Source of the DNA: Lama glama
Lineage: Eukaryota
DNA: 64,000 bases
Assembly: GCA_028534125.1 (NCBI GenBank)
Contig: CM052825.1
Location: 372,001 to 436,000, forward strand
Direction: 5' to 3'
Each line of letters opens with the position of its first letter. Positions within the stretch are counted from its first letter, which is position 1. Positions 38,430 to 49,724 of this stretch are shown here, one piece after another. The notes below the pieces were generated by a model that ran no database searches, was not told the DNA's origin, and was given only the letters and a program-made list of their open reading frames with translations. The position numbers and the translations under genes were made by a program.

Positions 38430-38829
38430 GTAAGACTCGCTGGTTCCCATCCCGGGTCGCGTCGGGCCCTGGCAGCTCCCTCGGGTCCGCGTGCTGGGCC
38501 CGTGTGCTCTTTGTGAGCTACTTACCGCAGCAGCAGCTAAACTTGGGGAAATGTTAGGGTACTTACTAATTTGTTTAAAGTATCAGTAAACCCATTACAT
38601 TTTACCATAAATAATGTGTGTTTGAAAGATGTATTTTCCAAAACGACTGGAAGCGTGGCATTTTGCGTCTTCGCGGCCCTCGTGCGTGAGCTGATGGGGC
38701 AGCCGGGGTCGCGCCTCTGCCCGCGTCGCTCTGAGCTGTCGGGCATCTGGGCAAAGTAGGAAAAATAAACGGCCACACGGTGTGTCCTTGGAAAAGTGAG
38801 TATTTTAACGCGGTGGTCTCCCAGGGCGC

Positions 38830-39600
38830 ACCCCGACTGGACCAGTGGGAGTCGCCTAAAGGTGACTTGGGGTGTAGACTGAAGCCAGCAGGTGGTCCAC
38901 TGCTTCCATGTGAGTCTCTCTGTCCCTCCCGCACAACTTCCTAATGCAGACAGGTTTGTTCTCAGGGTCAAAGAGTCTGTTAGCGTCCAGCTCGGGGGAG
39001 TCTGCTCTCCTCCCTCTCACCCCTAGGGTGGAGGTGGGATGGTTGGTTTTCTGGCATTCGCACTCAGTGCTGCGGGTTTCCTGTACGCACTGCTTTTCAC
39101 TGCATTCCACGCATTTTGAGAGGTCGTGTTTTCGTTTTCGTGTAGTTCAAAATATTCTTTAGTTCCTCTTGAGATTTTTTCTTTGACCTTTGTGCTGCTT
39201 AGAACTGTGTTGTTAACCTCAGATACTGGGGATTCTCCAGTTGTCTCTGCTACTGGTTTCCAGTTTAATTCCATCGTCATCTGTGTGATTTCTCCCTTTT
39301 TTAATTTGCAAAGTGTGTTTTATGGCCCTGATCCAGGTCTGCTGTGGTGACTGTCCTTGGGAGCGTGGGAGAGGGTGTGTTCTGCGCCTGGGTACCCAAG
39401 GGCTGACGGTGCCCCCTCCCCACCGCGGGTCCTCCATCTCACAGCTGTCAGTCTTGCTGCGCTAGTCGGACACGCTGCTGCGGGCGCAAACACGTCAAGC
39501 ACCGTGGTGTCGTCTGGGAGAACGGCCCCCCGTCGTGATGCGTGCCCCCAGATTCCGCGGCCCTGCAGTCTGCTCTGTTCTCAGCTGTTGTGACTTTGAT
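38830..39600 (-). mobile_element. Old L1M ORF2 fragment
   Basis: Minus ORF 39023-39280 contains KVKEKISRGTKEYFELHENENTTSQNAWNAVK, which is L1 ORF2-like. Confidence 0.8.
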
Positions 39601-39662
39601 GTGAAGGTAGGGTTGGCTTACTATTTCTTTCTGGCGTGTGAAGCTGTCTTCCTGTTTTCCAG

Positions 39663-39799
39663 AGGCCCTCAAAGCAGGCAGTGCCCTGTTCCCCGACCTC
39701 CTGGTGCGAGAGACGGAGGCGGTGCTCCACAAGCATCGCTCCCCGACCTACTGTGAGCAGCTGCTGCAGCACCTGCAGACCCTGCCGCCCGCCCCGTGA
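39663..39799 (+). CDS. DNAAF5: DNAAF5 exon 13, coding part (137 nt including TGA)
   Basis: ttttccag|AG; [45 protein letters not shown]. Total CDS 2592 nt, 863 aa. Confidence 0.96.
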
Positions 39800-40591
39800 C
39801 CGAGCCCGGCATGGAGCCCTCATCCTGACCTGCACCGGGACGTGTGGCCTTCAAGTCTCATAACAATGGCCGGGGACACTCAGGCGCGACAGCAAGAGGG
39901 ATTCCCTGCACAGCGCGCCTGGTGTCTCCTGGGACAGTGCTTCAAACCCAGCAGTTTCTGAAATAATTTTCACTGAGTGGCTTTGTATTTTTACGTCTAA
40001 TTCATACAATTCATTGAGAGGTCTGCCGGAAATCGACAGCTGACTTCAGACTGTCAGCTACTCACACGGGCAGCCCGGGCTGCGTGCTCCGCTGGGTTCA
40101 GGGACCGTTGCTGCTTTCTTGCTTAAATGCCCACCAAGAAAGTTCTTGACTACTTAAAAAGGAAAGAGCCAAAGTGATTAAAAAGAAATGTTCTTTCTTT
40201 GGGTTCTGTCTACTAAAACTTAGTATCTCAGTGAACAGACTGAAAAGAGCTTCAGATCTTAAGAACTACTATCGATGAAGCCTTTCCCGTTTAAGACACA
40301 CTGGAACTTGCGATGCTCCGTGGATGTACTTGGTCACTGTTTTTTCTTGGGTCAGTGATGCTGACTCTGGAAGTAGGGCATTTAATCAAACATAGTTTTG
40401 GTTGCTCTCTTGTAAGAAGCAGTAAAGTTGCATTTTATTCTCTTGAACTTTCTACACCCAAGTGCCTGAAAGGTTTCGTTTTAAGTGAGTATTATTTCCA
40501 TGGCCATATATTTGTGTTAACACAAGGAAGAAAATGCTATGTGTATTTTCCAAAAATCAAATACTAACATTTATGCTTTGGTATTTGAGAA

Positions 40592-40650
40592 TGTAATTAA
40601 AATATTTATTGTAATTATTATGCTTGCCTGTCATGGTGTGTTCTGGTAAT
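40592..40650 (+). terminator. DNAAF5: Probable DNAAF5 polyadenylation site (3'UTR ~39800-40620)
   Basis: TGTA (40592) and ATTAAA (40596-40601) in an AT-rich context, followed by a GT-rich stretch (gtcatggtgtgttctgg). A second ATTAAA is at 40177. Confidence 0.65.
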
Positions 40651-41399
40651 TCACGGAGACTTCAGGAATGACTCATTTTCACTTGGATTTATCGTCCCAG
40701 CGGTCCCAGCCTGGAGAATTCGGGCCTCAGGACCCAGGGGCTCCCTCAGCTCGTTGCAGTGCCCGCACTGGACGCCAGGTGGCGGGAGCTCCACGGGTCA
40801 GGGCAGCACGTGGCCGGGCTCCCAAGGGCTCATGGTGGGAGAGGGCAGGGGACCAGCCTGGAGACGGGCTGGGAACTGAATCCGCACCCCAGGCCAGGTC
40901 ACTGCAGCCCAGGCCCCGCCACCAAGTGTCACAGGAACCGAAAGTAGGTGGCAGAGAGCTCGGCTGGGAGCACAACTCGTGTTCAACACCTCCTACCCTG
41001 CTCCTCTCTCCCCCTTGCCTGTTGTGCGAGGCGGGTGGGTCGGTGCCGCCCCAGCTCCGTCCAGCCCAGCAGCCCCGCAGCTGCCCTGCTGTGGGCACAT
41101 CGACGGTGGCCTTGAGTTTCTGTCCATCTTTAAGGGAAACGCTCGGAGGCAGCACCGCGGTGAGTCGGCGCCCCCGGCACAAGGTTAACACGTGTGTGTG
41201 TTCAGAGAAAGACGAGAACTCCACCCCTGCAGGGCCAGCAGCCTGGACGCCTGAGGAGCAGGAGGCCCCTCTCCACTTGTCTCTGCGATGCTTGTGAGCT
41301 CGGCAGTTAGTCTGGTCAGCAGACATTTCTGGAGTTTAAACACCACGTCCCAGGTGGCGGGGAAGAGGGGTGTGTAAAATGCAGTCCCTGAAGTTGACA

Positions 41400-42910
41400 G
41401 CATCATCGAGGTATAATTTACACACTGTAAAATTCACCCACGCTTTGCAGTCGGGTGAGTTTTGATGACTTTAGGGAGCATTTCCATCGCCCGAAACCAG
41501 GCGCCCACTGACCTGCTCTGCCTCTGGTTTTGTGTGTTCTACACACTTCACATAAATGGCACCAGATATGTGGTCTTACATGTCCGGCTTTTCTCAGACA
41601 GCGTAAAGGTTTTGAGGTTGATTCTTTATTCATTAGTTCAGGGGTCAGCAATCTCTAGGGCCAGATAGTAACTATTTAAGTTTCGTGAACCACGGTCCCT
41701 GCCACAAATACTCTTCTGTTACCCTTCACCTGCTGATGGGCATCTGGGTTGTGTGGTTTGAGACTATAATGAATAAAACTGCTCTGAGCTTCGTGACACG
41801 TACGGTCAGGTTTGCAGTGCTCTGCGGTGGAAGGCTCGGGGCAAAACCACCAGGTCCCATCCGATACGTGTTTGTAGTCCCTGCTTCATTCATTCATTGT
41901 TATTTTTAACTGCTTTATTGAGGTACGCGTTAAAAACTACGATTAACTGCTGATACTAAAAAGTGGGCAATTTGGTAAGTTTCAACACACGTATACATCT
42001 GTGAAACTGCCACAGTCAAGTCAGAGAAGCCCCCATCACACCCCAAGGTTCTCTCCTGCCCCTTTGCAGTGCTCCCCATGCCGCGTCCCTTCCACCACCA
42101 CATGTTCAGGCAACACTGACCTGCTTTTAGTCACTACACAATAGCTTGCACTTTTTGAATTACATATATATGAATTTATGCAATAAATTCTCCTTTCACT
42201 CAGCAAAATTGAGATTCATCCACGTGGCCATGCCCATCAGTAGTTCATCCCTCTCTCGGTGGGTCCTATGCCACTGTATGGACATAACCACGATTTGGAT
42301 GTTCCTGGGTTCTGGCTGTTACAAAGCTTCCTAGAACATTCACGCACAAGTCTTTATATGGACGTATGTTTTCATCCCTCTTGGGTACGTATCTGGGAGT
42401 GGAGTAGCCATTACAGTAGAAGTATGTTTTTTAAAAACTGCCAAAATGGTGGTACCATTTTATGTTCCAATTCCTCCCATTTTTGCCAACATTTGATACA
42501 CCAGTCTTTCTAGTTTTGGCCATTCTACTGGGCACATGGTGGTATCTATCTCAGTATGGCTTCAATTTGTATTTTCCTAATGTCTAATGATATTGAGCAT
42601 CTTTCCATGTGCTTATTTGCCATCTGTATACCTTCATTTGGTGAAATATCTTTAAACTCTCTTAACCACCTTTTTAATGGGGCTGTTTTCTAACTGAATA
42701 TTAAGAAACCTTCATATATTCTGGGTACAAGTCCTTTATCATATATATAATTTGCAAATCTTTTCTCATCCTGGTGCTTATCTGTTCATTCTTTTAACAA
42801 TGTCTTTTGAATAAGTTTTTCAGCTTTGAAAAAGTCTTTCAATTTGTTCTTTTATGGATTGTGATTTCAGTGCGGTATCTAAGAAATTTTTGCACAACCC
42901 AAGGTTTCAT
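41400..42910 (-). mobile_element. Cluster of old L1M 3' fragments with a MER58-like piece (~41640-41715)
   Basis: Contains gaggtataatttacacactgtaaaattcaccc; ctttattgaggtacg; tgatattgagcatctttccatgtgcttatttgccatctgtata; caggggtcagcaa...gggccagatagtaa. Confidence 0.8.
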
Positions 42911-44699
42911 TTCCTGAATTTAAGAAGCTCAAAGTTATTTTCATAAAGACAATTTCTCTATTTGCCCCTACCCATGCTGTGGTTCAAAAGCAAGTTTTAC
43001 TTCCTTTTAAAATCTCCTTTCCGTACCGTAAGTGAAAATACAAGGTCCTAGGGTAGTTGGCTGGTGGAAGATGAAACACCCCCTTTCAACAGCCCAGGAC
43101 GGCCCTAAACGTGCTGGTAAGGAATGGTCTCTAAATTAAGGCAACAACGGTGAGACAACAAGGAGCACTGCACTGTGTGCAGAACGCACCATGTATCAAA
43201 GGAGGAGAGAGGGAGCGGCCCACTTGCTTTTATATGCATGAGATATTTCTAGGTTACAAAAGCAACTGGACAGAGTGGTGGCCTCTGGAGGGGGGACCTG
43301 TGTGACTGAGGGGCCAGAGTGGGAAGTCAGGCTGTGTCTTTTGGTACCTCTGTGCACATACCACCTGGTCAGTAACACAACTCAGCTGAGACTAATTCTC
43401 AGGTCAGGGGCCCGACTGACACAGGGTGATGGTCTTGGCGCCTAAGTGAGCACACCTGTTTCTTCTATACAACCGGAGCCCCATTCCAGGGAGGGATGCT
43501 CAGGGTGTCAGAGCAGAAGTTTTACCGACAGGTCGTCTTGTTGAGAAGTGACAATGCAGAGACTCGTATCCAAGTGTTCACAGCAGCTTTATTCAGTGCT
43601 AAACTGGACATAACCCACATGTCCATCAGCAATTATGAATGGACAAACCTGCAGTACACACACGACGGCACCGCACTGCAGCGGGAGCGGCTCTGACACC
43701 AGGCTGAATGAAGGAGGCCAGACGTCAGAGGGCGTACCATACGAGTCCTTCTACGTGCATTTCTAGAACAGTCAAAGCTGTTCCACGGTTCTTTTTGCAT
43801 CACTGAATCAGTCACAGATATTTAGGGACCTGCTGTGAATTTTGTGTGAACTTTTCCATAATTCAAAGTATCAAAACATCAAAAACAATCACTGATGGAG
43901 TTTGGAAGGCAAAAGCTAAGACTCCTCCAGGCAAGAGTAGGGAGAGTGGTGTCGCCTCACTGAAGGCTGGCCTCTCGACTATCAGTCGCCTTACGACTAA
44001 ACTGGAAGATTAAATTTTCTCCAAAGACAAATTTTTCTTCCTGATATGCCCCCACATTCCAGGATTCTCTAAACAGCCAGCGACAGACCCCCAGGCATTG
44101 CTTATGTGATGTCAGACAAGAGAAGAAATGACTGGATGCGACTCAGGGTGGTGGGGGGTGGAGGGGCTTTGGGTTTGTTTTCTATTTTCCAGACTTGAGT
44201 CATTCCTGATTTTAGACGCATTTTTAGAGGTCACAGGCAGTGCTGTACAGGCAACAATTAATCAGTATCTCAGAAGGCAGGCTGTGGCCTCCACTCACAA
44301 GTTACCCACTCAGCCGCTCTCCTTTGACCTAAGCACGTCCTTGACCTTGACCCCCCCCCCGGGGGGTGAAAGCCTCTTTCCTGTAAGCAAGTGGTGGCTT
44401 CAGGAGCTGGCTGGGACACTGAGGCCTGGAACCCGTCCCAAAGGCAAGACACCTTCTCGTCTGTCCTCAGGCGTCTGCGCAGGGTTTTCTTAGCCTTGGA
44501 AAGCGCAATTCGAAGAGGCAAAGTAGCGCCCGTTGTGGGCTGGCAACAGACGGTAACCGAAGACGAAGATCCTACGCAGGAGCCAAGGCGCTCTCCTCCT
44601 GGCCCAGCTGCTGGCTCTTTTACCCTCCAGGACTCCACGTTACTCCCTCCCTACGTCCACTGCTCAGGAGTGAGTGGTGGTCTGGGCAGAGGCTGAGAG

Positions 44700-46210
44700 C
44701 GAAGGGGTGAACACGGCGATGCAGACGGGGCGGGGGCGGCGTGGGGGGCGGACAGCGGGCGGGCACCGGCGCCGCCCCCGGCTCCCGGGGTCTCCGGCAC
44801 TTACGCCGCCGGCACTTACGCCGCCGGCACGTCCATCCTCAGGACCAGTCGCGCTGGGTCTGATACAGCACGCACGTCGGCGCCGCCGCTCGGCGCCACC
44901 CGCCGGAACGACCCTCCTGCGAGGGCTTCGCTCCCCCTGCGACGCGGCCTCGGCCGCGTCGGCAGCACCACGGCGCGTGGACGCGCTCCGGCCTGAACCG
45001 CCCGCGTTACTAACGCGCTGGGACCAGGCGCCGCCTCACGCACACACCGCTCCGAGCGCCTGACGGCACCGACGGCACAAGCACGGAGCGGGGTCCGCGT
45101 CTCCCCGCGGCGCGGCGCCGGGGCTCCTCAGACGCCGGCCGCCCGCCCCGCAGGCGGCTGCTCCGTGCGCTCCCGCCCGCACGGCCGGCGCGCGGCCTCC
45201 CCGGACCGCAGACGCCGCCTGCCGCCGCGCGAACAGGAAGCGCGGCTCTCGGCGTCCGCGGGCCCGGCGGGCGCCCTCGTCGGGGACCGCTCCTGGCGCC
45301 GCCTCCCCGCCTCCGAGCCGCCGGCTGCCTCCCACGGTCCGCCCGGCCGCGAAAGCGAGGCGCGCACACGCCCGAGCCGGCCCGGCCAGCCGCCCTCCCA
45401 GCCGCCCGGGCGGACATGCGCAGAAGCGCCCGCGGCGGTGCGCGCCCGGCGGGCCTGACTGCTGGGCTCGGGTCACGTGGCCGCGGCCCGCGGCTGCCCC
45501 TCCCGCCGCGACGCGAGCCGCCGCGCTTCCGGCCGCGAGTGGCCTGTCCGCGCACGACAGTGTCGCTGTTCTCCTGGTGAGAAGCGGAGCCAGAGCCGTC
45601 GTCACGTGGGCCCGCGGGCCACCCAGTCTTTTCAGCTGAGTCGCTGACACCTGTTCTGCTTAAGCCCGTTGAGCGGCGCCTTCTCTTACTTGCAAAACAG
45701 ATTGCGTCCGAATGGAAACAGGGACAAGTACCGACCCGGCCGACCGGGGCGGAACCCGCGTGTCATAGCTGAGCGTGTGTCTGAGCAGGGAGGCCTCCGG
45801 GCCGCGGGGGCCAGCGCCCCTTCCCCTGGCTGGGGCTCCCCTCCCTCCGTCCTTCTCTCTCCGGAGACGGGAGGGACCGGTGCCCGCGAGTGGGGAGGGA
45901 GGGGAGCGGTGCTCATAAAATGCAGCCCCTGCCGCTGGCGACGAGTCCCCCCTCCTCCGGTGACGCCCTGAGGCCCGCCGTGCACCCCGGCACCGGCTCT
46001 GCACCCCAGCACCGCCGGGGAGTCCTGGCACAAAGAGGCCACCCTGCGTGCTGTAAGCAGCATCCTTCCTGCAGGGAGGAGTGGGGAACGGGGAGAACCT
46101 TTCTCCGAGACCAGGGGTGGGAGAGGAGGGCGGGAGTGCCCCTCCTCGCCGCGCCCTCCTTCCCTTCCCTCTTGCCTGCTGTAGAAAGTGCCCCAGGCCA
46201 GCCAATGCGT
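44700..46210. promoter_or_regulatory. Orphan CpG island with promoter-type motifs; no recognisable gene attached
   Basis: ~1.5 kb of very dense CpG. GTCACGTGG at 45472 and 45601, CTTCCGG at 45526, CATGCGCA at ~45415, GC boxes, and CCAAT at 46202. Confidence 0.8.
44794..44830. repeat. 15-bp exact tandem duplication containing a minus-strand GTAAGT donor motif
   Basis: ccggcacttacgccg ccggcacttacgccg ccggcac. Confidence 0.92.
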
Positions 46211-46392
46211 GTAAACGGGCGTCTTATAGAAGTGGCCGGTTCCAGGGCTAGGGCAGGGAGAAAGAGGAGATGAGCCTGGAATGTTCTGTGCTGCTAGACA
46301 GTAAGGAATTGCTCCAAAAAAGAACGAGGCGTGTAGACGGGACTCGGGAGCCAACCTGAAGGAGCTCCTAATGGCCAAAGCTGAAACACTAT

Positions 46393-47025
46393 TGATGCAG
46401 GAAAAACAGACGTGGGGCATGAGGAGGGCCGTGTCCCAGGCTTCAGTTGAGCCCCTGGGACGTGCCCCGCCAAGTGTGGGTCCTTGGCTTCGCCCAGGAA
46501 AGAATTCAAGAGCAAGCCACTGCTGAGTAAAGGTAGATTTATTTAGAAAGATATGTTGAAGCGCAAGAGAAAGGCCACCCATGAGGTATAGGGGTTGGGT
46601 GCTAAGATCAGAGTAAAAGTAGGTACACACTCCACAGACAGAGTGCGGGCCATCTCCAAAGGGCGAGAGAGGGTGGCCTCTGGGAGGCATGCTGTTGCCA
46701 GTCTTTATGGGCTCAGTGGCTTCATATGCTAATAAATGAAAGGACCAGTCTAGCCTGGGGAAGGAGCTGGGATTCCCAGGAAGTTGGCCTTTTCCCACTC
46801 TGACCTTCTGTGTCTAGCCTTGGGACTGCCATGGCGCCTGCAGGCATGTTATTTACCATGCTGATATATTACAGTGGGCGTATAATGGAGCTCAAGATCT
46901 GCTAGAAGTTAAATCTCTCATCATCTTGAGCCTCAAGGCCTACTGGGGGTTGAATTTTTCACCATTTTGATGTTAATTGCTGCATCATTCCTTGAATGGC
47001 TGTGCCTTGTCCCCTTCCTGTCTCA
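46393..47025 (-). mobile_element. ERV1-class solo LTR (~633 bp), MER41/LTR8-like U5
   Basis: Minus strand begins TGAGACAGG and ends CCTGCATCA. TATA-like CATAAAG at 46709-46703; AATAAA at 46543-46538; U5 motif TTGAATTCTTTCCTGGGCGAAGCCAAGGACCC. Near-matching 4-bp flanks ctat/gtat. Confidence 0.8.
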
Positions 47026-47057
47026 GTATGAGCAGCAAAATTAATAATAATACTATA

Positions 47058-47212
47058 GAGGGGAGGGTGTAGCTTGGTGGTGGAGTGTGTGCTTGGCATG
47101 CACCCAAGCTCCTATGTTCAATCCCCAGTACCACCGTTAAATAAATACATGAATAAACCTAATTACCTTCCCCCCAAAATTAAAAATAAATAAACAAATT
47201 TTACAAAATAAA
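47058..47212 (+). mobile_element. tRNA-derived SINE (camelid Vic-1-like)
   Basis: ggggagggtgtagcttggtggtggag...gttcaatccccagtacc with an A-rich tail. TSD aatactat at 47049 and 47213. Confidence 0.85.
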
Positions 47213-47224
47213 AATACTATTGTA

Positions 47225-47885
47225 TTGTGACTTAGAGAAAAGCATAAATATCCATGAGCTCATGTGATACAGAGAAAACAGGTAAGTGGAGAAAGAAGGG
47301 CAGCCCTCTTACAGAAATACTCCAGTAGGTTTAATAGGAATGAGGGAAACAGAAGATCAACATCAGGCGAACACTACAGCAATGATTGTCGAAAACAAGG
47401 TCTGCTGATGGGTTCTGAGATGAGTGGGCAAGAGTTTTGAGACAGATTATTTTGTTGCTTCTGGTATCTCCCTCAAGATATTTATCAATTCCAAGGGGAC
47501 AAATAGTGACTGCGTAGTGGAGGAACTTGACCCAAACACCTTGACCGAGTGGTTAAGGTATAAGAACAGCATGTACCCCTGACACGATGCCCTGAGAAAG
47601 ACTCATTGGTTCTCTTGCCAAAAAGGGACAGCCTCAGTCTAATCATTGGACAACCTCAGACAAACCCGAACAAGGACATCCTACAACACAACAGAGGAGT
47701 ATCCTTAAAAAATGCCAAGCTCCTGAACGATAAGGAGATTCTGAGGCACTGTCCCAGTTTGGAGGAGTCTAAGGGGATGTGACAACTGAATGCAATGTGG
47801 GATTCTAGGCTGACCAGCACCAGGAAGAAGATATGAGTGGGAAAACATGAACTCTGAATAAAGTCTGTAGTTTAGTTGACGGTGT
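47225..47885 (+). mobile_element. Old L1MC/MD-like 3' fragment
   Basis: Contains tcagacaaacccgaacaaggacatcctacaa...gacaactgaatgcaatgtgggattctagg...tctgaataaagtctgtagtttagttga. Confidence 0.65.
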
Positions 47886-47886
47886 T

Positions 47887-48240
47887 TGATACAGGCTGAA
47901 CATTTGTGTCCCCCCAAAATTCATACGTTGAAATCTAATCCCCAGTGTGATGGCATTTGGAGCTGGGAGCCTTGGGAGGTGACTGGGTCATGTGGGTGGA
48001 ACCCTCGTGAATGGGATCAGTGCCCTAATAAGAGAGACTACAGAGAGCTGGCTTGTCCCGTCCACCACAGTGAGGACACAGAATTTGGCCGCCTGTGAGC
48101 CAGGCAGTGGGCTATCCCCAGGCACCAGATCCGCTGATGCCTTGGTTTTGGACTTCCAGCCTCCAGAACTGTGAGAAACGGATGTCTGTCAGACGCCAGC
48201 CTGTGTTGTTTCGTTACACCAACCCAAATGCACTAGGACA
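47887..48240 (+). mobile_element. MLT1A-like LTR
   Basis: tgatacaggctgaacatttgtgtcccccaaaattcatacgttgaaatctaatccccagtgtgatgg...ttggacttccagcctccagaactgtgagaaa. Confidence 0.85.
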
Positions 48241-49724
48241 GTATTGCGCCAGAAGTGATTTCCTGCTTTGATGTTCATAGCATCATTAGGAGAAACCAGA
48301 CAAAGGGTACGCAGGAAACCCCTACATTATTTTGCAAAATACAAGTGCACTAGGGTGAATTCACCTCCCTCGGGCTGGTTGAGCAGGGGACCTTCAGCAA
48401 CGAGGCTGACTCTTGAGTCTCAGAAAGGAGCAGGCTAGTGACAGGCTCAGGTGGACACCCTTTGTGGCACCTCAGCAGCCCCAGCCTGTCTGTATTGGCT
48501 TGGCGGGCACAAATGCCCCGAGCAGACAAACTTGGCAAGTTGGAGGAACAGCGAGGAGGCCAGGTCAGGTTGCTGATGGGTGAGCTAGGGGAGGGTGGAG
48601 GAGGGTTTGGACAGATGGCAGAAGTCAGAGCTTCAGGACCACATCCGGTGAGGAGGGTAGAGAGGGTATCTCCTATGCCTCCACGTCTCCTCCCACCTCC
48701 ATTTAATATAATCCTGTTATTCTTTTAGGTTTTCCTCGTGTGCCCATGTAACATGAAACAGTACACAGTGCCTAACCCTCTGTGTCCTGTCCCAGCAGCT
48801 TCGGATGGCGTCGCTGTTCTTTCCCACCGTGGAAAGTAGGGACCCCGTCTGTCCTCTGCCTCTCCCCCTCCCACCACGCCCAGCCGACGTCACCTAGACT
48901 TGTGCTTAAACATGGTCAAGGTTGCTCTTGATCATTAGAACGGGTTGAAAATACTGACTTTGTCATGCTTTGCTTGTAGATTGATTTGCTTGTAGATTGT
49001 AGGAGCCCAGAAGGCCAGCTTTTCCCCCTGGAATTGTCTGCTTTGGAGCCCTGGCCCCTTTGCTGTCCTGGCCCGCTGCTGGCCAGCCCAGCGGACATTG
49101 TCCACCACCCTCCAGCCCGGCCCCGGCCCACTGGTCCCACACTCCATTCCTGGTTTCCCTCCGCGTGTGCCAAAGGCATGATAGGCACACCCTTGGGAAG
49201 CGATGTCTTTGCGTGTCTACGAAGGCCTTAGGTTTGCCCTCGTAGCTGGGCACCGCCCTTCTAGATCCTGGATTTGTCCTCAGAATGTGGAAGGCACAGC
49301 TCTGTTATTAAATTGCTGGGGCAGTTTGATGGCCATTCTGGAGGAATCACAAGTTGTATCTCTAGATGCTTTTAAGACCTTTTCTTTATTCCTCATACTC
49401 TGAAATTTCACAGTAACACATCTAGATGGGGATCTTTTTCTTCATTCACCCTTCTCTGTGCTTGAGGGGCCCTTCCATTTTATACGATCTTTTTGTCTTC
49501 ACGAACTTTCTTTGTTTTCTCTTCCTTGATTCTGAACCTTCTGTGTCCGTGAGGTTGAGCACCATGGACAGATCCCCGGCGAGTTGGGCAGTTTCTCACC
49601 TGTTTTCTTCTCCCCTTCCTCCTCCTTTTCTTCTTGGGTCCTCTTTTCTATGTCCCGAGAGACTTACTTGGCTATATTGTCTAAGTTTTCTACTGACCTT
49701 TTTATTTCTACCTTTTACTTTTTA

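Noticed and set aside
44674-45650. Protein-coding gene or processed pseudogene within the orphan CpG island
   Set aside because: None of the six-frame translations resembles a protein I recognise, and no poly-A tail or TSD brackets the island. A database search is needed to exclude it fully.
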